A stretch of DNA of 32,000 nucleotides from Promethearchaeota archaeon. Lineage in GTDB: Archaea; Asgardarchaeota; Lokiarchaeia; Sigyniarchaeales; Promethearchaeaceae. The stretch spans positions 150,001 through 182,000 of the forward strand of contig JAFGBS010000028.1 of the NCBI GenBank assembly GCA_016933055.1, given 5' to 3'. The notes below the pieces were generated by a model. The model did no database searches and was not told where the DNA came from. It saw nothing but the letters and a program-made list of their open reading frames with translations. Of this stretch, positions 16,761 through 25,288 are shown piece by piece. The translations under genes were made by a program, and so were the position numbers. How positions within the stretch are numbered: the stretch's first letter is position 1; each line of letters begins with the position of its first letter.

Positions 16761-18046
16761 CCTTCGATTCTGCATATAAGGATAAGTTTGTTAAAAAGCT
16801 CTCTTTTTTATTGCCACCTTTTGATCGTTTTGTTGCAAAAGTAGAACTTCCAGAGCAGGAACCCGTGTTTCCCTCCCGTGAGAATGAAATAAGAAAGATT
16901 GCGGATATGATAAAGGGCAACCGATCCATGATTATTCCTGTAATTAGCGAAGTAGGTGCAGGAAAAACTCATTTTTTATGGGGAATTTACAACAGTTTTG
17001 ATGTAGAGGCTATCACTACGTTTCTTTCTTTTCCGCGCTCGAAAGAAAAATTTTTGTATTATCTTTATTCAAATTTTATCAAGCAATTCGGTCAAAATAA
17101 CCTAAGAGATTTTTCTCAGAATTTTGGAGAAAAATTTGGAGCAGCGGAGAGATTATATGGACTATTTCGCACTCAAAATACAGAACGAATCGTAATATCT
17201 GCAATTGATCAATTAAAAGATGAATACGATCCAGAGTGCTTAGAACAATGTGTTAATGTGACTATTCAGCATCTTATGGACAACGATAAGTCTCAAATTG
17301 CAGAACGCTGGTTGTTAGGACAAGTCATGGATGTCGAAGACTTGTTTCTCATCAATGCCACCGATGACCTTTCCAATGAGTGTATGGCAAAAACCATGTT
17401 GAAATTGATTATTGAAAATCATAATGAGGAAATTGTCCTTTTATTCGATGATCTCGATAAAGTAGCCAAGGAATTTGACAGTTCTACGGTATTTAATGAA
17501 ACTGGTGTAGATGTGAATTGGGCTGGAGATCTAGAGGAAGTATGCGAAAAAAACAGTCCAGATTCAGGAGAGTTTGCCCTTCTTGAGGAATTAATCGCAT
17601 TGATGAAAGACATCAATAATTTAAAAATTGTGGTAACACTGGAACAAGAAGAATCGGGACGATTTATAGAATGGCTAAAGGATAAACAAGATAAATGCTC
17701 AATATATATCGCAGATCCCATTCAATTGGGTCCTATTTCACTCAAAGATGCATATCATCTCTATTTTTCCCGCTTAAAAAATTTCTGCCTTAAATATAAC
17801 ATCAATCACCCCACCGCCGATCGTTTTTTTAAACCTGAGAAAGATTTGGAAGAATATTTAGATATATATAGGGAAGATCTCTATTTTCCACTGAATCAAG
17901 AAATATTAGAGGTAATTTATGGGATCACTTTTGGAAATCCTCGTCAAATTTTGAAGAATTTTAAGCGAATTTTTGATGCAATTATTTTCGAGGAAATTCG
18001 AGTTGAGGATATTAAAACGGAATACAAACGTTTTTTGCGCAAATAG
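16724..18046 (+). CDS. P-loop AAA+-type ATPase (BrxD/DUF2791-like)
   Basis: Walker A variant SEVGAGKTH, Walker B IVLLFDDLD, AERWLLG and C-terminal GNPRQIL. Alternative start GTG 16757. The family label is tentative. Confidence 0.7.
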   Translation: MDYHFGSRNAEVTFDSAYKDKFVKKLSFLLPPFDRFVAKVELPEQEPVFPSRENEIRKIADMIKGNRSMIIPVISEVGAGKTHFLWGIYNSFDVEAITTFLSFPRSKEKFLYYLYSNFIKQFGQNNLRDFSQNFGEKFGAAERLYGLFRTQNTERIVISAIDQLKDEYDPECLEQCVNVTIQHLMDNDKSQIAERWLLGQVMDVEDLFLINATDDLSNECMAKTMLKLIIENHNEEIVLLFDDLDKVAKEFDSSTVFNETGVDVNWAGDLEEVCEKNSPDSGEFALLEELIALMKDINNLKIVVTLEQEESGRFIEWLKDKQDKCSIYIADPIQLGPISLKDAYHLYFSRLKNFCLKYNINHPTADRFFKPEKDLEEYLDIYREDLYFPLNQEILEVIYGITFGNPRQILKNFKRIFDAIIFEEIRVEDIKTEYKRFLRK

Positions 18047-18050
18047 TTTT

Positions 18051-20291
18051 TTATTTTCTTTCGATACACTTTCCTTTAATAACATGATATTTTTCACATG
18101 AAAAACAAAATCCTTTCCCTTTCTCATTATTGTCTAATCCCCGTTTGAAACAGTTGGGACACATCTCGTATTGGAACTTTTTCTTGTTTTTTATTCCACT
18201 TATTTTTACGATATTAAATCCACAAATAGAACAAGTCCCTTTTAATAGGCGAGGATTTCCATTATGTGGGAGAGGAATTCTATATTTGCAATCTTCATTT
18301 AAGCAAAGCAAATACTTTTTTCTGTCCTTTGTTATAATGAGCTGCATTACATTTTTCTTACAACGAGGGCAATATGCAGTAGTAGAGGATGATTTTTCAG
18401 ACTCAACGATAGAAGGATTTTGCTCTTGTTTTTTTGAGTAAAATTTTTTGATGGTTGTATTTTTTCCTTTAATTATGTTGCCTGATTGCTCTAATGTCCT
18501 CATATTATTGAGAAATTGAGATTTTTGGGCTCGAAATTTATCAAATAATTTTAAGAATTCCTTGCGTATTATATCTACCGCCTTATCCATAGATATTTTT
18601 CCCTCCTTTACTGCATTCAGATATGTTTCTACCCATTCCGTGAACTTTGGTTCTAAAAATGAGAGCCATATATTCTTTAATGAATCCATTAAAGTATATC
18701 CTAATTCCATTACAAAGTAAGTTTTTTGAATGCGTTTGATGTATTCTCTACTTTCTAAGGTTTCAATATGACTGGGACGGGTAGATTTGGTACCCAAGTT
18801 ATTTTTTTCCATTAACTTTAGGATAGTTGTATCAGTATATCGCGGAGGTGGTTGGGTTTCTTTTTCTAATAATAAAATATCCTTTATGGGAATTATTCCT
18901 TTGGAAAATTTTAGATCTATATCATATTTTGGTTTTAGAAATGGAGCTATTTCATAAAATCCAGGAGAAATTAAGATTAAGAACCTTCCTATAAAAATTT
19001 CTTTTAAAATATCAACTTCTATCTTGGTTTGCACTTCTTCTGCATCTTCCCCAAATAATGCTAAATAGTGACGTACAATTATATCATATACTTTTTCTTG
19101 CAGAGAATTTTTAAATTGGGAAGATTGGGGATTCACAGATTCAATTGGGGTTATTGGAGGATGATCTCCTGCATCTATAGGACCATTTCGGGGGATAACC
19201 TTACCACATTGAAATAATTTTTGTATCCAAGTGCCGTAATTAGGGTGGATCATTAATTTTTTTAAATATTGCACATGATTGAAGTTAGGGTTATATTTAT
19301 TACTGTCTGTACGAGGATAACTAATCAATTTATTGAGATATAAGTCTTCCAATGTCTTTAATGCGACATTAGCAGAAATACCTAGCTTCCTAGTAAGCAA
19401 AATTAATGCATTTGAAGTATTAAGTGGATAAGGGGGTTTAACTCTTCGAGGAGTATTACTTATGTCGGTTATTGACCCACTCTGGGCATTTTTTATTTTA
19501 TTATAGGTATTATCTGCTACTTTCTGGTCCTTAAATGGATTACTAATGTGTTGAACTTTCAAGGAAATTGGTTCAGCGGTAGTTTTGGGTAATAAATCCG
19601 CTTGAATTACCCAGTATTTGTCAGGTTTAAAGGTTCGAATTTCATTTTCTCTCAAATAAAGTAAGTAAAGTAATGAACTTTGAACTCTACCAATTGAAGC
19701 AAATTTAGCTTGAAGTTTTTGTAGTAACGGTTTTAAGGTTAAAGAAACTTCTCGTGTGGCACTAAAACCTATAATTGCGTCGACAATGGCTCTTGTTTCC
19801 CCAGAGTCTGCCCAATCATATTTTGGAGGTATTAAATTTGAGAATGCTTGTTGGATATCTTGGGTTTGTAATGTGTTTAACCAAAGTTGTGATACCTTTA
19901 TGGATTTATTTGCGGGTTTAATATTGGATAATGCGTCGATCAGTCCAATGTTACATCCCTCTACATCTGCATCCGTTGCAATAATACATTGTTCACATTT
20001 TTTAGCGTAATTTTTCAGTACTTTAATGTAGGGACCGGCATACGAAACGGGGAATTTAGCAATTGCATTTTGATCAGTAATGATTTCACGGGGATCATGT
20101 GCGGCCCATTTTTTATATTTCGGGGTATTCTGATAACCTAAGATGTGTCCTCTCAAAGGAATAATATATAAATCACGAGAGGAATTGTAAAAAATAGAGA
20201 AACCGGGTTGTTTTATGGTGGTATACGTTCCTAATGCATCTGCAATTGCTTGGGCTGCTTTATATTTTTCGCTAATTAGCATCGTCGGCAT
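18051..20291 (-). CDS. topA: DNA topoisomerase type IA (archaeal TopA/Topo III-like) with C-terminal zinc ribbons
   Basis: TOPRIM ISEK and ATDADVEG, SIGRVQS, catalytic ISYPRTDS, DHPPITP and GTKSTR. C-terminal CPRC/CLNEDC/CSIC/CPNC/CFSC. SD GGTGA upstream. Confidence 0.95.
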   Translation of the reverse strand: MPTMLISEKYKAAQAIADALGTYTTIKQPGFSIFYNSSRDLYIIPLRGHILGYQNTPKYKKWAAHDPREIITDQNAIAKFPVSYAGPYIKVLKNYAKKCEQCIIATDADVEGCNIGLIDALSNIKPANKSIKVSQLWLNTLQTQDIQQAFSNLIPPKYDWADSGETRAIVDAIIGFSATREVSLTLKPLLQKLQAKFASIGRVQSSLLYLLYLRENEIRTFKPDKYWVIQADLLPKTTAEPISLKVQHISNPFKDQKVADNTYNKIKNAQSGSITDISNTPRRVKPPYPLNTSNALILLTRKLGISANVALKTLEDLYLNKLISYPRTDSNKYNPNFNHVQYLKKLMIHPNYGTWIQKLFQCGKVIPRNGPIDAGDHPPITPIESVNPQSSQFKNSLQEKVYDIIVRHYLALFGEDAEEVQTKIEVDILKEIFIGRFLILISPGFYEIAPFLKPKYDIDLKFSKGIIPIKDILLLEKETQPPPRYTDTTILKLMEKNNLGTKSTRPSHIETLESREYIKRIQKTYFVMELGYTLMDSLKNIWLSFLEPKFTEWVETYLNAVKEGKISMDKAVDIIRKEFLKLFDKFRAQKSQFLNNMRTLEQSGNIIKGKNTTIKKFYSKKQEQNPSIVESEKSSSTTAYCPRCKKNVMQLIITKDRKKYLLCLNEDCKYRIPLPHNGNPRLLKGTCSICGFNIVKISGIKNKKKFQYEMCPNCFKRGLDNNEKGKGFCFSCEKYHVIKGKCIERK

Positions 20292-20418
20292 CCTAATATT
20301 TCACCAGAATCATTACCGCAGTCTTTGAAATATTAATAATCCTTCACTATTTAATTCCACTTAGTCTTTCCCATAACGATTACCTTAAATCTAAAAGCCA
20401 TTTAACAAACATATTAAA

Positions 20419-21765
20419 ATGAAAGATCTCTCGCCATTTTTTGCACCTAAAAGTGTCTTGATTATTGGTGCTTCTAGAAATGAATTCACATTTAACTGGC
20501 AAATTGTAAAAAACTTGCGGGAATTGATGTATAAGGGAGAGATATATGTAATTAATCCAAACGCTGATGATATTTTGGGCATTAAATGTTATTCTTCCTT
20601 AGAAGAATTACCAACGATTCCCAACCTTGCGATAATTCTTTTGATGAAAAATATCACAGAGACAGTAGAAGAACTCGCAAAATATGGGGTTAAACATTGT
20701 ATTATCCAAGCAGATTTAAGTATATCAGATAATTATGAGGATTTCATTCAAGAACTCCAACGAATTTCTGATGAATATAAAATATTAATAATTGGTCCCG
20801 GAAGTATTGGTTTGATAAATACATCAAATTTCTTTACTTCTTCTATTATACCTGTTCGTCGTCATATTATACAGAATCACCGGAAGAATCGTACAAATGG
20901 ATCCTTGAGTTTTTATGCCCAATCTGGGGGGTTATCTGGTGCATTAGGATGGTGGAATCCCATTCAAGAATTTCCTATATCAAAAGTAATCCATATTGGT
21001 GAATCCATCAATGTGACAGCAGCCGAAGTGATTCAATATCTATTTGATGACATAGAAACCCAAGTTATCAGTTTATATCTTCGGACTTTAACTCCAGAAG
21101 TCGTTAATGTCATACAGTCGAATGATTCTCGCAAACCTGTCTTATTTAAGTACGTTGGTGAGAACTCTGCACTATTGGAAAACTTGCAAAGAACTTTAGC
21201 AATTGAAGTAAACAATTATATCGAACTTTTCGAGTTTGCAAAAGTCTTTTTATGGTGTCCACCTCCAAAAGGGAACACAGTCGGAATCATTGGACCTTCA
21301 AGTGGTGCAATACATTTAGTTGTATCAGAGATGCATCATACAGGAATAGACCTTGCAAATCTTAATTCTCAAACAAGGAAAATAATTTTGGATAAAGTAG
21401 GAGGATCTACAAGTTTAAGGGGAAATCCCGTTGATTACTGGCCTCCAAAAAAATTCATCGGAACGGATGTTTGTAATGTTTATTATATTTCTAGCAATGC
21501 CTTACTTGAAGATAGTAAAGTGGATGCCCTTTTCTTAGCCCTAGAATTTTTTTCCGAAATTGAATTTGATTTCAGTATTTTTTCAACTATTCAAAAAAGA
21601 TTTCCCCATAAACCAATAATTGCAGTATTAATAATGGCGGAGAAAGAAGGACGAGAACGAATCATTACGTGTGCCACGCAACTTCACATTCCGGTATTTG
21701 TGGACGAAGTGGAGCGTGCAATTCGAGCTTACGCAGCGTTTATTGGATATCATTTAAAAAAATAA
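20419..21765 (+). CDS. ADP-forming acyl-CoA synthetase alpha-subunit homolog (CoA-binding), lacking the phosphohistidine loop
   Basis: PKSVLIIGAS CoA-binding Rossmann fold, IIGPGSIG, AQSGG, P.PKGN.V.II and GNPVD. The SHTG segment is absent. Confidence 0.85.
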   Translation: MKDLSPFFAPKSVLIIGASRNEFTFNWQIVKNLRELMYKGEIYVINPNADDILGIKCYSSLEELPTIPNLAIILLMKNITETVEELAKYGVKHCIIQADLSISDNYEDFIQELQRISDEYKILIIGPGSIGLINTSNFFTSSIIPVRRHIIQNHRKNRTNGSLSFYAQSGGLSGALGWWNPIQEFPISKVIHIGESINVTAAEVIQYLFDDIETQVISLYLRTLTPEVVNVIQSNDSRKPVLFKYVGENSALLENLQRTLAIEVNNYIELFEFAKVFLWCPPPKGNTVGIIGPSSGAIHLVVSEMHHTGIDLANLNSQTRKIILDKVGGSTSLRGNPVDYWPPKKFIGTDVCNVYYISSNALLEDSKVDALFLALEFFSEIEFDFSIFSTIQKRFPHKPIIAVLIMAEKEGRERIITCATQLHIPVFVDEVERAIRAYAAFIGYHLKK

Positions 21766-21795
21766 AATAACAGAAATTGTATCAAAAGAAAAATG

Positions 21796-23325
21796 TTAGA
21801 AAATTGATTTTAACTGATCTGGTATTACTTCATTAGGGGTTGGAACTAATAGGAATGGTTCAACCTTACATTTTTCGCATTTTTGTCCCATTAACAAATA
21901 AAATTTGAATCCATTATGTTCTTTTGAGGTGACTAATTGAACATCGATTAGTTTAGCAGTGTCATCGCATCCACATGGAATTTTAAATGCTTCAAAATCA
22001 CTAAATCGTTTCTTGGGATCATTTAATTTTTTGAAGGTGGACTCCGCAAGCAGATTTTGTACATTAGTGTTGTTTTCGATAATTAGTGGAGTATAATCAC
22101 TCAGCTGCAAAACTCCCTCCTCGTTGTATGTAACATTTCTCATTACGCTGAACAAATCTACTTCCATGTTTTCCTCAGATTTTGCTTCCATAGGAATTGG
22201 GTCGATGAAAATATCAGTTAATTCCTCTGGCACATTCATATTGGGCAGAGGAGTGAGAACAAATGGATTGGTTTTACATTTCTCACATTTCTTCCCAATC
22301 ATTAAGTAGAAGTGAAATTCTTTGTAAGATTTTGGTGTTACTTTTTGGATTTCACCTATCTTTACTGGAGAACCGCAATCACAGTGAATTGCATTAAACT
22401 CTTCAATATTAGGTATGATTTTATCGATGTCTTCGATTCTGTCAAATAAGGAATTTTCCAAAAGCGATTCTACAATGGGTTTGAATCCTAATTGCACAAA
22501 ATCTATATCATCTGTGAGCAATTGCCCATTTTCATCATATTTGGGATCTTTTATGATTAAAAATAGGTCATTTTCATCATCTTCACTTAAATCCATAGTG
22601 GAAACTGCTGTAGGTTTACCAACTCCTCCCGTTTTTATGGTTTGCGGTGTTTCAAATGGTTCTATACCTTCAGGATACTCAAATCGAAATATATATTGGA
22701 CTTGTTCTTCTTGTATGTTTTCCCGAACGAGAGAAAGACTGGTATAATCGTTAGACATTAATGGAAATTCTAGAACTTGTAAAGGAAACTGTTCCTCAAG
22801 CATATAATCTCGTGCATCATCAAGTAGAATCTGAATAAATGTTTTTATCTTATTTGCTTGATCATAGATCTCTTGCTGCAATTCTTCCCGATGCATGTAC
22901 TTGAACTCATTCCACTTCTTTTTCATATATTTCTTCAAGAAATTAGGCAGAAAACAGACTGGTAATATTAACAAAAAGGAATAGATTTGATACGGACGTA
23001 GGGTAGGTATGTAAAATATAAAAATCGTTCCAATCAAGGCTGCCATAATGACAAGATTTATACGATTGAACCTTTTTAAATAAGGAGCTCGAATATTATG
23101 TTGTTTTGCAATTTCTTCTGAACGTTCTTTAATAGTAAATGCAGCTTCTCTAATATTTAGTCGTTCATATTCTGCTCTTAATTTGGCTATTCGATCCTTT
23201 TCCGTAGGATGTGTCTTTTCAACGTTCAAAAAATCTTCCGTGTGGTTTGTTATATATTGATCGTAAATCTTCTGTTGGAAGATAAAATCAAAACTTTCCT
23301 CTGAAATCCAATCTAGAAATCTCAC
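21796..23325 (-). CDS. hypothetical membrane protein with 2 TM helices and a tandemly duplicated CxC...CxxC domain
   Basis: Two hydrophobic helices, then two ~125-aa repeats each containing CxC and KCEKC. The reading frame stays open upstream to 23475 without a canonical start. Confidence 0.8.
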   Translation of the reverse strand: MRFLDWISEESFDFIFQQKIYDQYITNHTEDFLNVEKTHPTEKDRIAKLRAEYERLNIREAAFTIKERSEEIAKQHNIRAPYLKRFNRINLVIMAALIGTIFIFYIPTLRPYQIYSFLLILPVCFLPNFLKKYMKKKWNEFKYMHREELQQEIYDQANKIKTFIQILLDDARDYMLEEQFPLQVLEFPLMSNDYTSLSLVRENIQEEQVQYIFRFEYPEGIEPFETPQTIKTGGVGKPTAVSTMDLSEDDENDLFLIIKDPKYDENGQLLTDDIDFVQLGFKPIVESLLENSLFDRIEDIDKIIPNIEEFNAIHCDCGSPVKIGEIQKVTPKSYKEFHFYLMIGKKCEKCKTNPFVLTPLPNMNVPEELTDIFIDPIPMEAKSEENMEVDLFSVMRNVTYNEEGVLQLSDYTPLIIENNTNVQNLLAESTFKKLNDPKKRFSDFEAFKIPCGCDDTAKLIDVQLVTSKEHNGFKFYLLMGQKCEKCKVEPFLLVPTPNEVIPDQLKSIF

Positions 23326-23583
23326 ACTTAATAACTCTTTTTCAAGGTAAGACCGAATTTTCGAGCTTATTTGTGCACCATCAGAAACAGAACTTGTAGT
23401 TTCATCTTTTTTTTTATCTTCTTCTTCCGGTGGATTCTTACTAAATCGGTCTCTTAGTCGTTTGAAAATCGATATTCACCAAGCCAACTTAATAATAGAA
23501 CCTAATTAATGTTTTTGTTAAAGATTATAGTATGATTACTTTAAGGTATGCATGTCAGAAAGGAACTGATTTCACAGAGTTAG

Positions 23584-23967
23584 TTAGAAAATACTACGAA
23601 TCCAATTAACTAACATCATAAATCCCCAAATATTCAGCAGTACACCTACCATAAAAAGCATATATACGGTCGTGGCTTGTTCGGGACTGGTTAAATAGTC
23701 TGTCAATTGCGAACCTCTGAATCCGTCATCGGATAGTTCTTCATCTCCAAGTTCATCATTGATTCTGAGTTTTCTTCTCATTTGGTATTTACTCGTAATA
23801 GCCATCCCTGTGCCTCCTATAATCAACAGTCCCATTCCCATTGGGACAACCCATGCTATGATGCTTTCAATCTCTGGAATAAGTTGGTAAATAAACGCAA
23901 ATACAAAACCAACTGAACCAATGCAAAAGAGAGTAATAAAAAAAATTCGATGAGTGATCCTGCTCAC
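23584..23967 (-). CDS. small hypothetical membrane protein (3 TM)
   Basis: GTG start and three hydrophobic segments. Confidence 0.65.
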   Translation of the reverse strand: MSRITHRIFFITLFCIGSVGFVFAFIYQLIPEIESIIAWVVPMGMGLLIIGGTGMAITSKYQMRRKLRINDELGDEELSDDGFRGSQLTDYLTSPEQATTVYMLFMVGVLLNIWGFMMLVNWIRSIF

Positions 23968-24055
23968 GGGGTTTTACCTACTAATTAAGTGTTCATATTT
24001 ACAAAATTGATGGCACTTTATTAATTTAGTGACTTATAAAGGGAGATAACGAGGA

Positions 24056-25243
24056 TCATATTATTTCCAAATATTTACCAATTTTCTCCAATGCATCTAT
24101 TGCATAATCCAGATCTTTATTCTCTAGCAATGCGTTCATTTGAACACGAATTCGAGATAATTCCTTTGCAACCATTGGAAACACAATGGGAGTTGTAAAG
24201 ATGGATTCTTCTTTAAAAAGAAGCTTCGCTAAATTCTGTGCTTTCCCAGGGTCTCCCACTATTAAGGGAATTATAGGAGTTTGTGAATTTCCGGTGTTGT
24301 ACCCAAGATTTTGCACATGTTTCTTAAAATAATTTGTATTATCCCACAGTTTCTTGTTATGTTCTGGCTCTGTCGATGCTACTTCCACGGCAGCAATACA
24401 TGCCGCAACCGTTGGAGGGGGATGAGCTGTGCTAAGCAAGTATGAACGACTTTTATTAGTCGCAAATAAAATTAAATCGTTTGAACCGGCAATTGTACCT
24501 CCAAATACCCCAAATCCTTTGGACATTGAACCTCCTTCTACATGAACCTTGTGCTGTAGATTGAAATGTGCGACAATTCCACGACCTGCCCCTAGAACTC
24601 CCTCACCGTGACAATCATCTACAAACACCATGGCTCCATAAGACTCGCAAGCCTTTACTATATCTGGTAAGGGGGCAATATCCCCATCCATAGAAAACAC
24701 CCCATCGGTAATGACTAGTATTCTGCGTGCACCTGCATCATCCGCTTCTTTAAGACTGTTTTCGAGTCCTCCTACGTCTGTATGAGGATAAACTAAACGT
24801 TTCGCACGAGTGAGTCGTATACCGTCAATTATAGATCCATGGTTTAATTCATCACTTATTACATAATCTTCTTCGCCAATTAAGGTGGGAATGAGTCCTT
24901 GATTGACTGCAAAACCTGTCTGGCAGAGTAAAGACGCTTCTACTCCTTTAAATTCAGCAAATTTTTCTTGGAAAATTCTTGTGAGATCATATGTCCCAGC
25001 AATAACAGGTACTGCCCCAGCACCAGCTCCATATTTTTTTGCGGCATCGATTGTTGCTTGTACTACCTTAGGATGGGTGGCAAGACCAAGATAATTATTC
25101 GTGTTCAACATTAAGACTTCTCGACCATCAACGACTGCATGGGGTTTAGAACCAGATTCTAAAGCGCGAATTATCCATTCTAAATTCAAATCAACTAAAT
25201 TTTCATATTCTTCTTTAAGGAAAATAGTGGGATTTCGTTTCAT
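24056..25243 (-). CDS. kbl: glycine C-acetyltransferase (2-amino-3-ketobutyrate CoA ligase), PLP-dependent
   Basis: NTNNYLGLA, SDELNHGSIIDG, DGVFSMDGD, VDDCHG and PLP Lys in SMSKGFG. A threonine dehydrogenase lies nearby, favouring Kbl over BioF. Confidence 0.85.
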   Translation of the reverse strand: MKRNPTIFLKEEYENLVDLNLEWIIRALESGSKPHAVVDGREVLMLNTNNYLGLATHPKVVQATIDAAKKYGAGAGAVPVIAGTYDLTRIFQEKFAEFKGVEASLLCQTGFAVNQGLIPTLIGEEDYVISDELNHGSIIDGIRLTRAKRLVYPHTDVGGLENSLKEADDAGARRILVITDGVFSMDGDIAPLPDIVKACESYGAMVFVDDCHGEGVLGAGRGIVAHFNLQHKVHVEGGSMSKGFGVFGGTIAGSNDLILFATNKSRSYLLSTAHPPPTVAACIAAVEVASTEPEHNKKLWDNTNYFKKHVQNLGYNTGNSQTPIIPLIVGDPGKAQNLAKLLFKEESIFTTPIVFPMVAKELSRIRVQMNALLENKDLDYAIDALEKIGKYLEII

Positions 25244-25288
25244 GAGTTTTGATTCAACAAAATAGAAAATAAATTTTTGGTGTAATCT

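Noticed and set aside
18051-20291. Reverse gyrase
   Set aside because: No N-terminal SF2 helicase domain; the protein starts directly with TOPRIM.
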